This document shows, one piece after another, positions 19,970 to 27,833 of a stretch of DNA of 64,000 nt (its first letter is position 1; each line of letters starts with the position of its first letter). The notes below the pieces were generated by a model. The model was not told the DNA's origin. It searched no databases and worked only from the letters and a program-made list of their open reading frames with translations. Source of the DNA: an uncultured virus (IMG/VR IMGVR_UViG_3300012259_000001) (lineage: Duplodnaviria > Heunggongvirae > Uroviricota > Caudoviricetes); the IMG/VR virus record IMGVR_UViG_3300012259_000001, positions 1-64,000 of that record, one strand, 5' to 3'. The translations under genes were made by a program, and so were the position numbers.

Positions 19970-20686
19970 ATGAATGATAAAGAATTGATGGAGAAGTACC
20001 TCTCCAACTTTAACAACGGAGTCGCTGAGAACGTCACGATCGTCTCCCCCAGTGAACTGGGTCAGCGGTGGCTTTACCACATCTCACTCGACCCTAAGAT
20101 CAAGCAGTTCGTTCCTTCGCTGACGCGTCGCACTGCAAATAAAGAAGACCGTACGGTTCCACGTATTTCGACCGCCCCAACGATCATTGGTTGCATCTTG
20201 GGGTACCAGAACGACATCAACGAGTTCCTCGACAACGATGTAGATGGTGGTTGGAAAGGTGGGTGGTACATCTACGGGTTTGAGAACGAGATCAGTCTTC
20301 TACCCAAGAAGAAGCTTCTTGTCGATGTACGCATCAGCGACGAGCACTGGTTGGTACCCTATACAGCTAAGAAGTGGAGCTACCCCGCCAAGGTAATCGG
20401 TAAGTTCTTCTACCGCACTGTCAGCACTCAGAACGTTCTTAAAGGCAACAGCATCTGGGAAGTGGAGGTGGTGTTCGAAGTCAATCGAGGCTGTGAAGTT
20501 CGTGCTTTCAAAGGACTGACCCTGACGGAAGGTTATTGGATCATGACCTTTACTCGGTCGATGAAAGAGTGGGATACCGAAGACGCCCAGAATGTCCGAC
20601 AGCTCAGCAGTTCGGAGTACAAAGGCATCAAGGTTCTGCACGCCGACATGCTTTCCTACCAAGAGCCGCCGAGTGCCCATTGGTAA
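19970..20686 (+). CDS. ART-like phage protein with C-terminal PPSAHW tag
   Basis: LYHIS...FVP...EDRTVPRISTA...DEHW pattern. Confidence 0.45.
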   Translation: MNDKELMEKYLSNFNNGVAENVTIVSPSELGQRWLYHISLDPKIKQFVPSLTRRTANKEDRTVPRISTAPTIIGCILGYQNDINEFLDNDVDGGWKGGWYIYGFENEISLLPKKKLLVDVRISDEHWLVPYTAKKWSYPAKVIGKFFYRTVSTQNVLKGNSIWEVEVVFEVNRGCEVRAFKGLTLTEGYWIMTFTRSMKEWDTEDAQNVRQLSSSEYKGIKVLHADMLSYQEPPSAHW

Positions 20687-20739
20687 CCTGTACCCGCCTA
20701 AGGGCGGGTATATGCCGTCATCGAAAATATATTTAAACC

Positions 20740-20747
20740 TATATTAC
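20740..20747 (+). promoter_or_regulatory. phiKZ-type early promoter
   Basis: TATATTAC preceded by AT-rich tract, about 60 nt upstream of 20805. Confidence 0.75.
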
Positions 20748-20804
20748 CTATTCGAATAGATGAAGCTCATCTCCTACACCATCAAACTCTAAGCGAGTCA
20801 GGTC

Positions 20805-21572
20805 ATGACCACAGTAGTTTATCTGGGTGATCGCATCATTGCTGACACCCGTGCATCGATTCGACAAAAGGGCTTCGTGGGGGTCAAAGGCGACACCGAT
20901 CTCGTAAACGATCGAATGACCAAGTTAGAAACTTTTGGTCCAGGTTTCTTCTGGGACAGTTGTCGACAAATACAACTCATGGGGGCAGCAGGCACTACGT
21001 CAGGCATGAAAGCCTTTGGTGAGTTCATGCGGCGACTACAGTGTCCTTTAGAACAATTTCTGGACTCCTTCTCGGGTAGCGAGGAGATGATCTACAAAAT
21101 CATTGGTTTGCCCACACCCTCCACATTTCTACTGTGTCTGGAAACCGGCGACTGTGTGAGACTGTTCATTAACGAACGAATCTTTCACAAGAGTCCTGTC
21201 AACCGGAAAGTGAAAGCCTGCGGGAGTGGGAGCTTCTATTTCGATGCCAGTAAGAACATCTTTCAAACCGACCCTGTCCTGCTCTTTCGGATGGCCTCAA
21301 CAGTTGACCCTAGCTCTAGCGATGGGTCCTACATTGAAGCTGTCTATGACGAGGATAAACGAGAGTGGGTGTTGGATCGGGAGATCAAGCACTTCGATAC
21401 TCCCGTTGACCCAGAGGTGTTGATCAATAGCCTACACCCCAACATTCGTGCTATGTTCAAAGGTACCGTCAGTGAGGTTTCAGAAATCCCTGATGACAAA
21501 CTGCCTATTGATCCGCCCGAACAGGTACCGATTAAAATCCCTACCAAGAAGGGAGCTAAATGCAAAACCTAA
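20805..21572 (+). CDS. Ntn-hydrolase (HslV/proteasome-beta-like) protein
   Basis: Starts MTTV (Thr nucleophile after Met removal), IIADTR, GAAG and GSGS motifs. Confidence 0.6.
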   Translation: MTTVVYLGDRIIADTRASIRQKGFVGVKGDTDLVNDRMTKLETFGPGFFWDSCRQIQLMGAAGTTSGMKAFGEFMRRLQCPLEQFLDSFSGSEEMIYKIIGLPTPSTFLLCLETGDCVRLFINERIFHKSPVNRKVKACGSGSFYFDASKNIFQTDPVLLFRMASTVDPSSSDGSYIEAVYDEDKREWVLDREIKHFDTPVDPEVLINSLHPNIRAMFKGTVSEVSEIPDDKLPIDPPEQVPIKIPTKKGAKCKT

Positions 21573-21847
21573 ACGTTGACCTCTTCAAGCTACAGGTGAA
21601 CGACTATCTCCCCATTTTGGGGGCGATTGTGACAGGAGTGGAGCCTCAACGTTATGGGGTGTCCAAACGTTCGATTCGTAACGTACGGTATACCCTCTCT
21701 GATGGTCGCATCCTACTGGCACACGATGCCAGCTTGTTGTACAGTGATCCCCAAGGTCGCTTAAAGGTTATCCTTCAAAGACCTCGCATCCTTCGAACCG
21801 TGGAGGTAATACGACCCCAAGCACAATCAGATTCAAAAGAAACATAG
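21560..21847 (+). CDS. Hypothetical protein
   Basis: 95 aa; GGAG RBS; overlaps upstream stop. Confidence 0.65.
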   Translation: MQNLNVDLFKLQVNDYLPILGAIVTGVEPQRYGVSKRSIRNVRYTLSDGRILLAHDASLLYSDPQGRLKVILQRPRILRTVEVIRPQAQSDSKET

Positions 21848-21850
21848 ACC

Positions 21851-21858
21851 TATATTAC
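21851..21858 (+). promoter_or_regulatory. phiKZ-type early promoter
   Basis: TATATTAC followed by a structured leader of about 115 nt. Confidence 0.7.
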
Positions 21859-21977
21859 CTACATGAAGATTCAGCGCTGAACCTTCGTATTGGGTTGTCT
21901 GTCGATAAAAGATTATCGTCACACCCAAGGGTATGAAAGACCCGTAACCCCTTAAACGCAAACAAGGAAACATTGCA

Positions 21978-22457
21978 ATGTCCGACGTCAAGCAAGCTGT
22001 ACAAGATCTGGCCGCCAAGATCAAGCCGATGTTCACCCTCGCCGACAACGGCGTGGTGCTGGCCGAAGAAGGTCTCTACGAGAAGTCCCTGCCCGAAGGG
22101 ATCACTGCTGACCAGATCAAGGCAATCCAACAGCACAACACCGCACTGGTCGCCGCTTCGGCAATGGCGGTTGGCGAGCTGGCCATCGATGCTTTCAAGG
22201 CCGACAAAGACCTGCAGCGCGTGACTGCTGAAATCCCGGCAGTGGGCGACAAGATCTCCACCGCGGTCATTCGCAGCCGCGAATACCCGGCCGGTGGTAT
22301 TCCGAAGGAAGGTGAAGTTCGTGACCCGAACGCGAAGATCACCAAGTACGGCGTTATCGAAGCGAGCTACGAAGTGGCCAGCAACGGTAACAAGGGTGAG
22401 CTGAAGAAAGTGCGCACCCACATCGGTGCCCTGGCTGCCGCTGCTCTGGCCGACTAA
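21978..22457 (+). CDS. Hypothetical protein, probably highly expressed
   Basis: 159 aa; AAGGA RBS; strongly biased codons; followed by a TTCG hairpin. Confidence 0.8.
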   Translation: MSDVKQAVQDLAAKIKPMFTLADNGVVLAEEGLYEKSLPEGITADQIKAIQQHNTALVAASAMAVGELAIDAFKADKDLQRVTAEIPAVGDKISTAVIRSREYPAGGIPKEGEVRDPNAKITKYGVIEASYEVASNGNKGELKKVRTHIGALAAAALAD

Positions 22458-22538
22458 GCCTGCGTGATCCAACGGGGGTTCGCCCCCGTTGGGTTTTATG
22501 CTAGCTGGTCGCCCCCTTTCTTTTTGAAGGTTTGTGTG

Positions 22539-23435
22539 ATGATTGAACTTTATACTGTCCAACTGGCACGCTGGCGACTGGCCCAATCCAAGAACATCGT
22601 GGTGGTGGACACCACCGTTAAATCAGCCCCTAAATCAGGCTATGGTTTTCTTGCTCCTTCGTGGGATATCGTCATGGGTGTTAAGTCCGGCGAGATCACC
22701 GAGGAGGAATACACCAATACCTACATTCGGATGTTGGATTACAGTGTTGTTGCCAACGCTGATAAATGGCGTGAGTTATTAGCTTTGCCTCGTTTTGCTT
22801 TTGCCTGCTTCTGTTCCTCTGGTAAGTTCTGTCACCGTCACTTGCTCGCCAACTACTTCCAATCCTATGCGAAGGAACAAGGCGTTGAGTTGAGACTGAT
22901 GGGCGAATTGACCATGGGTCCCGGCGAACGGCAGAATCATGCACGGGGAAGGATTAATGAAGTGTACTCACCAAAACAACCGGACAACATCTTTAGCAGC
23001 ATCGTACAAACCATGCTCACGACGGCTCGACGGAATCGCTCTGGAAGCATTCCTGAAGGCGTTAGTCGGGGGCAATACTTAAGCGACTACTGTACCGTAG
23101 GCTTTACTGCACCAAGGCAATCGGGGAAAACCCGTTGGGTGCTAGAAGAGTTGATAGACAACCCTGAGGCTATCGCCATTGTGCGTGAGCCTTTGAGCGC
23201 AGCGTTCAATCAACACTATGATAGAACGGTTCGTGATCGGGTCTATACCGAAGAAGAACTCCAAGAAGCCATTGACCAAATGCGCAAGCCTTACGGTCGT
23301 GACGAACTGCGTGAACGGTTTGATCGAGTATACGTCGATGACGCGACGATGGTCTTCACCAAAGTTCGACGTTCGGCGTTCTATGCCTTTCTGGGTCAGC
23401 GCCAACTGGACCTGGATGTGGTGTTGATCAATTAA
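22539..23435 (+). CDS. DUF488-like domain fused to a P-loop-like domain
   Basis: FLAPSW, FACFC...FCHRHLLA in the N-half; TAPRQSGKT and VYVDD in the C-half. Start moved to ATG 22539 because the upstream part overlaps a terminator-like hairpin. Confidence 0.6.
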   Translation: MIELYTVQLARWRLAQSKNIVVVDTTVKSAPKSGYGFLAPSWDIVMGVKSGEITEEEYTNTYIRMLDYSVVANADKWRELLALPRFAFACFCSSGKFCHRHLLANYFQSYAKEQGVELRLMGELTMGPGERQNHARGRINEVYSPKQPDNIFSSIVQTMLTTARRNRSGSIPEGVSRGQYLSDYCTVGFTAPRQSGKTRWVLEELIDNPEAIAIVREPLSAAFNQHYDRTVRDRVYTEEELQEAIDQMRKPYGRDELRERFDRVYVDDATMVFTKVRRSAFYAFLGQRQLDLDVVLIN

Positions 23436-23471
23436 CTATCGCCCATTGGGCATCGTTGGGGGAGTTGTGCT

Positions 23472-23879
23472 ATGCGTAATGAGCAAGGTCTCAATATCGT
23501 CTTGGCGGACAATGACGATGAAGTTAAGCGGGTGCTCGATATCCTACAGGTTACCGAAGCATTTCCTCTGAGCCAATTGCCAGAGTTGTGTCTGCGGCAT
23601 CCGGAAGCTGTCTATTACGAAGTGATGGCTGAAGAAGCTCGTATTCACCAACTGCTTCAATACCTCCATGTTCGGCGTGGGGTGATCAGCATCAAAGGCA
23701 AGCGCTCCTTCGCGGGCTTTAATGTCGACTGGATGGGTAAGATATTGGCGACAAGCGACTTGGATCGCGCCATCAAGGCTGTCCAGCCGGAACCGCCTAA
23801 GATCCCTAAACCGGTGCTGGTGGTTTCTAATGACGAGGATCGTGAAGATCCATATCAGGCTTTGGGCTATCGTCGATAA
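23472..23879 (+). CDS. Hypothetical protein
   Basis: 135 aa; GGAG RBS. Confidence 0.7.
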   Translation: MRNEQGLNIVLADNDDEVKRVLDILQVTEAFPLSQLPELCLRHPEAVYYEVMAEEARIHQLLQYLHVRRGVISIKGKRSFAGFNVDWMGKILATSDLDRAIKAVQPEPPKIPKPVLVVSNDEDREDPYQALGYRR

Positions 23880-23954
23880 CAAAAACATCGAGGGCTAGGT
23901 TAACCTAGCCCTTTATGCCGTGTAACACCTAACCTTAAACTGGAGCATTGTGAC

Positions 23955-24479
23955 ATGACTCATATGGGCAATATTGAAAAGCTGGTTGAGACTTCCGAAC
24001 TGAATCGCGACGCAGGGGCTGAGGCTCGAGAGCGTTTGGAAACCAAGCGTAAGTCCCGCAAAGTACTTTGGACAGTACTGACTGTCCTTACTCTCTTCCT
24101 CATTGCTGCGGTCTCGTTGGCAGGGTACCGAGTGTACCTCGAGTACAAAAAGCCAGGCGTACGAGTTACTGACTACCGCACCTGTAAGTACGTCAGTGAA
24201 GAACAGAACTTTGAACTGACGGGTAAACGCGAATACTCCTACATGCAAAAAGAGTTCTTCGGTATCCAATACCGAGAGAGCAAGAAGGTCACTGAAAGTA
24301 CTGAGGTGGATGTGCGAGGCACCGCCATGAGTATTGTGGGGTTGAGTGAAGGTGCGTGGAAATCGGTGTATGTCGGTGAAGGGGAACGTGGGATACAAAT
24401 CCTGATGCCAGCCGAACTCTACATAATCACCATGGGCAAAAAGACGGCGGTCTTCAACTACGCAGACTTCTGTAAGTAA
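23955..24479 (+). CDS. Single-pass membrane protein
   Basis: Basic patch then TM helix VLWTVLTVLTLFLIAAVSLAGY; GGAG RBS. Confidence 0.75.
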   Translation: MTHMGNIEKLVETSELNRDAGAEARERLETKRKSRKVLWTVLTVLTLFLIAAVSLAGYRVYLEYKKPGVRVTDYRTCKYVSEEQNFELTGKREYSYMQKEFFGIQYRESKKVTESTEVDVRGTAMSIVGLSEGAWKSVYVGEGERGIQILMPAELYIITMGKKTAVFNYADFCK

Positions 24480-24553
24480 AACCTGCACTCCTAGGGGCTT
24501 TTGCCCCTAGGAGTGCGTTATGCCCAAAATGCCAATTAAAATTTTTTCAGATC

Positions 24554-24561
24554 TATATTAC
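24554..24561 (+). promoter_or_regulatory. phiKZ-type early promoter
   Basis: TTTCAGATC-TATATTAC-TCAAGTGAATAGG; extended match to the copies at 37548 and 50403. Confidence 0.85.
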
Positions 24562-24621
24562 TCAAGTGAATAGGATACAAAATCTTGTATCTAATACCCT
24601 TGGATTCTCAGGAGAATCAAC

Positions 24622-24879
24622 ATGAACACTACTCAAGCTCAAGCTGTACTGGAAACTGTTAAGCGTACCGGTCTGAACGACACCATGGCTGCAGAACTCT
24701 ACATGGTTAAAGACGTTCGTGACTTCAAGGTAGCTGGCGTATTCGCCTACCCAGAAGGTCCTGAGTTCGTTGTCATCTCCCAAGGTGAGAACGGTCGTTG
24801 GACCACCAAAGCTGAACTGATGTACGAAGGCGACACCGCCAAGAGCATGGCTGATGACCTCGGTCTCTACCTGCTGTAA
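24622..24879 (+). CDS. Early hypothetical protein
   Basis: 85 aa; AGGAG RBS in hairpin. Confidence 0.8.
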   Translation: MNTTQAQAVLETVKRTGLNDTMAAELYMVKDVRDFKVAGVFAYPEGPEFVVISQGENGRWTTKAELMYEGDTAKSMADDLGLYLL

Positions 24880-24944
24880 GCTACACCCTCTACAATACCA
24901 AGGGTCTTCGGGCCCTACCCCATAAGTTCTAAGGAGAACTAACC

Positions 24945-25100
24945 ATGCGTAACTTCATCCTGTATACCCTGATCGCTCTTGCTTGTGTAGGTACTGTCGT
25001 TCTGGCTGTTAAGACCAATGATAGACTGACTCCAACCCAAGCTTGGGAGCAGAGCAGTAACTTGAAAGCTGAACTGCGTCAGCTTGAAAACAATAAGTAA
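24945..25100 (+). CDS. Early small membrane/secreted protein (51 aa)
   Basis: Not in ORF track; MRNFILYTLIALACVGTVVLAVKTNDR...; AAGGAG RBS in hairpin. Confidence 0.75.
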   Translation: MRNFILYTLIALACVGTVVLAVKTNDRLTPTQAWEQSSNLKAELRQLENNK

Positions 25101-25133
25101 AACAAACCTCACTCAAGTTTAAGGAATACGACC

Positions 25134-25382
25134 ATGACTTTCAACATCATCCGCGCTATCTCTATCGCCGCTGTGATCGGCACCCTGATCTCTCTGGTTG
25201 CTGCTTATAACGTCACCAAAGACCTGACCTACAAGTCGCCTCTGAGCAATTGCTTCGAAGGCTTTTGTGACATGACCCAAACCAGCATCGATGAGAATGG
25301 TTACTTCATTCAGACCACTGCTAAAGTTTGGGTAGGTGGCAAAGTGACAGAACGCAACGCTAAACAAACCCTCGGCTTCTAA
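25134..25382 (+). CDS. Early small membrane protein
   Basis: 82 aa; N-terminal hydrophobic helix; AAGGA RBS. Confidence 0.75.
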   Translation: MTFNIIRAISIAAVIGTLISLVAAYNVTKDLTYKSPLSNCFEGFCDMTQTSIDENGYFIQTTAKVWVGGKVTERNAKQTLGF

Positions 25383-25410
25383 CCAACCCCAGTTCTAAGG
25401 AGAACAACAC

Positions 25411-25767
25411 ATGAACAAGCAGATCGCATTGAACATCGTAGCCAAAATCGTCGCTGACTACAAAGGCAGTGGTAATGGCAGTATCAAACTGAAAGACTTT
25501 GCCTTCGCCGTCAAAGGTGAGGGTGAATTCAAGGTTGAAGAAATTCAGTTGGTTTGGGATTTCAAAGACGTTGCCTACTCCAAGGCCCAAGGTGAATTCA
25601 AAACCTCGGGCACCGCCGTCTTCAAGCTGACCGCCAAGGGCATCGCCCTGACCCACCACAAAGGCAACTGGTCGCTCGGTGAGATCGAGATTAACTCGGT
25701 CGACGAGCTGCAGAACCTGGTCCTTGTGTTGCCAATGGATGAACTGAAAGAGTTCTTCCTGAAGTAA
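25411..25767 (+). CDS. Early hypothetical protein
   Basis: 118 aa; AAGGAG RBS in hairpin. Confidence 0.8.
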   Translation: MNKQIALNIVAKIVADYKGSGNGSIKLKDFAFAVKGEGEFKVEEIQLVWDFKDVAYSKAQGEFKTSGTAVFKLTAKGIALTHHKGNWSLGEIEINSVDELQNLVLVLPMDELKEFFLK

Positions 25768-25829
25768 GACCCCTTAGGTAGGTGCAGAAGCACCTACCCG
25801 CTAACCTCAAGTTCTTAGGAGAACAAACA

Positions 25830-26207
25830 ATGTCCTACACCAGCGAAAACATCAAGCGTCATCACGAAGCCGCCATCGCTAAGATCAAAGCCTGCAATGG
25901 TTTGATTGGGGATGATCACCGTCAGAACGGCATGATCCAAATCACCCATGTCGGCGTGTTCATGCAAAGCGACAAAGCGAAAAACCCAGTCCTCGTCGCG
26001 TTGATCGATGGGGTATTGTTCTGCATCAACCACATCGACATCACCGGAGAGGCACCCACCCTGAGCCGTAACTCGGTGGGCGGAACGGTCGATGCCGTCA
26101 GCCTGAGCATGGAAGAGCGCTGCCAGCGCTACAATGACGACGAAGGTCGGATGGGGAAATTCCTCGAAATCATCACCGTTAAAGACTCTGCTGCTAAAGC
26201 GGCATAA
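25830..26207 (+). CDS. Early hypothetical protein
   Basis: Start placed at ATG 25830 (MSYTSE) after TAGGAG hairpin RBS. Confidence 0.8.
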   Translation: MSYTSENIKRHHEAAIAKIKACNGLIGDDHRQNGMIQITHVGVFMQSDKAKNPVLVALIDGVLFCINHIDITGEAPTLSRNSVGGTVDAVSLSMEERCQRYNDDEGRMGKFLEIITVKDSAAKAA

Positions 26208-26272
26208 CGAAAACAGTGGCGTAGGCGCCTTAGGCGTCTACGTCCAATTTAACCTTAAATAGGAAAAAGAAA

Positions 26273-26497
26273 ATGAAAATGGAAAAAATGTTAACTTTGA
26301 AAGAAATGCGTGTAATCGAAAACTACAAAGAGCTTATCAAAGCCGGCTTGGATAAAGTGGTGGCTCGCACCATCGCCTTGAAAGTCTCGGTTGCTGTGAT
26401 CCTTACAGTCGCTGTGTCGGATTTGGGTGTTCACGTAGAGCTGTACGAAGTAGATCGCCGTGAGGAAAAGACTGTTGTCTTTCGCTTCGTGGCATAA
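26273..26497 (+). CDS. Hypothetical protein
   Basis: 74 aa; AGGA RBS. Confidence 0.65.
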   Translation: MKMEKMLTLKEMRVIENYKELIKAGLDKVVARTIALKVSVAVILTVAVSDLGVHVELYEVDRREEKTVVFRFVA

Positions 26498-26546
26498 AAA
26501 GAAAGGGACTCTCGCCCCTTTCTTTTTTTTTTTGCTTTTATGCCGG
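26491..26546. terminator. Bidirectional terminator between convergent genes
   Basis: AAAAAGAAAGGG...CCCTTTCTTTTT stem with a long T tract; flanked by GGCATAA and TTATGCC. Confidence 0.8.
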
Positions 26547-27782
26547 CGTGTCGCTTTTGATTGCTCGTGATACCACAACACGAGTGGCCAGCGCCATCTT
26601 GATGCAGCGATCGGTCTCATCCGCCAGTGGACTGCGGTAGTACTGGGGGATGTGTTTGGAGATCTTGATCAGCTGTTTGAGGGCGTGGATGTTATCCGAA
26701 GATTTCAACTCACCGGCACTGTAGTCCAGCTTTTGAATCGAGCGCATGACTCGTTGCAAAGCACTGGACATTTTCCGATAAGTTCCCCAACCAGAGATCA
26801 CCAGTTCACAGTAGGCCGCCGAGCACTCCAGCAAGGCCTCTAAATCGCTCTTGGTGAGCTTTGCTGAGTCGGACCGTTGTAGGGGCTTACCACCGCGCTC
26901 GCGCACCACCTGCTTCGTTGCAAGGTCTGCTAGATGGACGTAGTCGTTGCTGATACCCCGAGCCTTCGGAGCATTCTTCTTAACCACGTACAACGACGTG
27001 TTGAAAAGCAACTCCTCGGTTGGAGAGATCTTCTTGGAGAAAGCTTCGATGGGGTGGGTTAGGTTTTGGATTTTGTCCAGGACCGTACGTTTGAAGCCTT
27101 CGTCCGAATCCAAGTCAATTCCCTCAACCAGCTTGTGAAACTCATTGGCAAACGCCAACACTTGAGCCGGTATCACTTCCATCAGGATTTTGGCTTGTGC
27201 CAAATCTTTCTTCAGTGCAGGGAGCAACTCACGAACAGCCTTGCCATCACGGGTAAACGCATTTCCCACGTTCTTCCCCGAGAGAGCAACTTCAAGACTG
27301 CCTTTGATGTCTGCAGCTTTAAGCTTTTGCTTAAGTACATCGGTGCGCTTAAGGCCCGACTTGGCAGTATGAATACTACCGAGTGAGACGTTGGACAACG
27401 CCGTGAGGACACTGGCGAAGTTGTCGTGGTAGGCCTTGCTGGTCATTTGCGCAACACTCTGTAGTGCAGGCAGGACACTGTCTTTGAAGTCTTCGCTGCT
27501 ATAGGTATCACTTTCAAGCGAGGGGAGCGTACCCAGAATACGACCGGTAATGCTCTCCAGCGATTGAATGCGCTCCATGGCCAAGATACCAACGCCGTGG
27601 TTCAACGCACCGGCTTGATCGAGGTTCTCCAGCGTGACTTCCAAATGATCCAATTCATCAACCGTATCGGCCAACTCTTCCATACTTACCAGCCAGTTTT
27701 GGTTGGTGTGTACGATCATGTGCAACTGATCAATGGAGAGGTTGGTGGGGCGTGGGTTGGGGCGCGCCAATTTCTGTAACAT
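26538..27782 (-). CDS. Internal head protein (paralog of 27834..29090)
   Basis: Acidic N-terminal propeptide with SME/AME/SLE sites; alignable to its neighbour (LDSDEGFKRTVLDKIQNLTHP vs YDSSAKFESTVLEKMIKLDHP; LADLATK vs LADLCVK). Confidence 0.7.
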   Translation of the reverse strand: MLQKLARPNPRPTNLSIDQLHMIVHTNQNWLVSMEELADTVDELDHLEVTLENLDQAGALNHGVGILAMERIQSLESITGRILGTLPSLESDTYSSEDFKDSVLPALQSVAQMTSKAYHDNFASVLTALSNVSLGSIHTAKSGLKRTDVLKQKLKAADIKGSLEVALSGKNVGNAFTRDGKAVRELLPALKKDLAQAKILMEVIPAQVLAFANEFHKLVEGIDLDSDEGFKRTVLDKIQNLTHPIEAFSKKISPTEELLFNTSLYVVKKNAPKARGISNDYVHLADLATKQVVRERGGKPLQRSDSAKLTKSDLEALLECSAAYCELVISGWGTYRKMSSALQRVMRSIQKLDYSAGELKSSDNIHALKQLIKISKHIPQYYRSPLADETDRCIKMALATRVVVSRAIKSDTPA

Positions 27783-27833
27783 GGGGATCACCTAAATTAA
27801 AAGCCGGGTAGGGGACTCTACCCGGACGAGGAG

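Noticed and set aside
24900..25830. CRISPR-like array from repeated GTTCT(A/T)AGGAGAAC
   Set aside because: Repeats are 14-16 nt, irregularly spaced and separated by full ORFs; they are RBS hairpins
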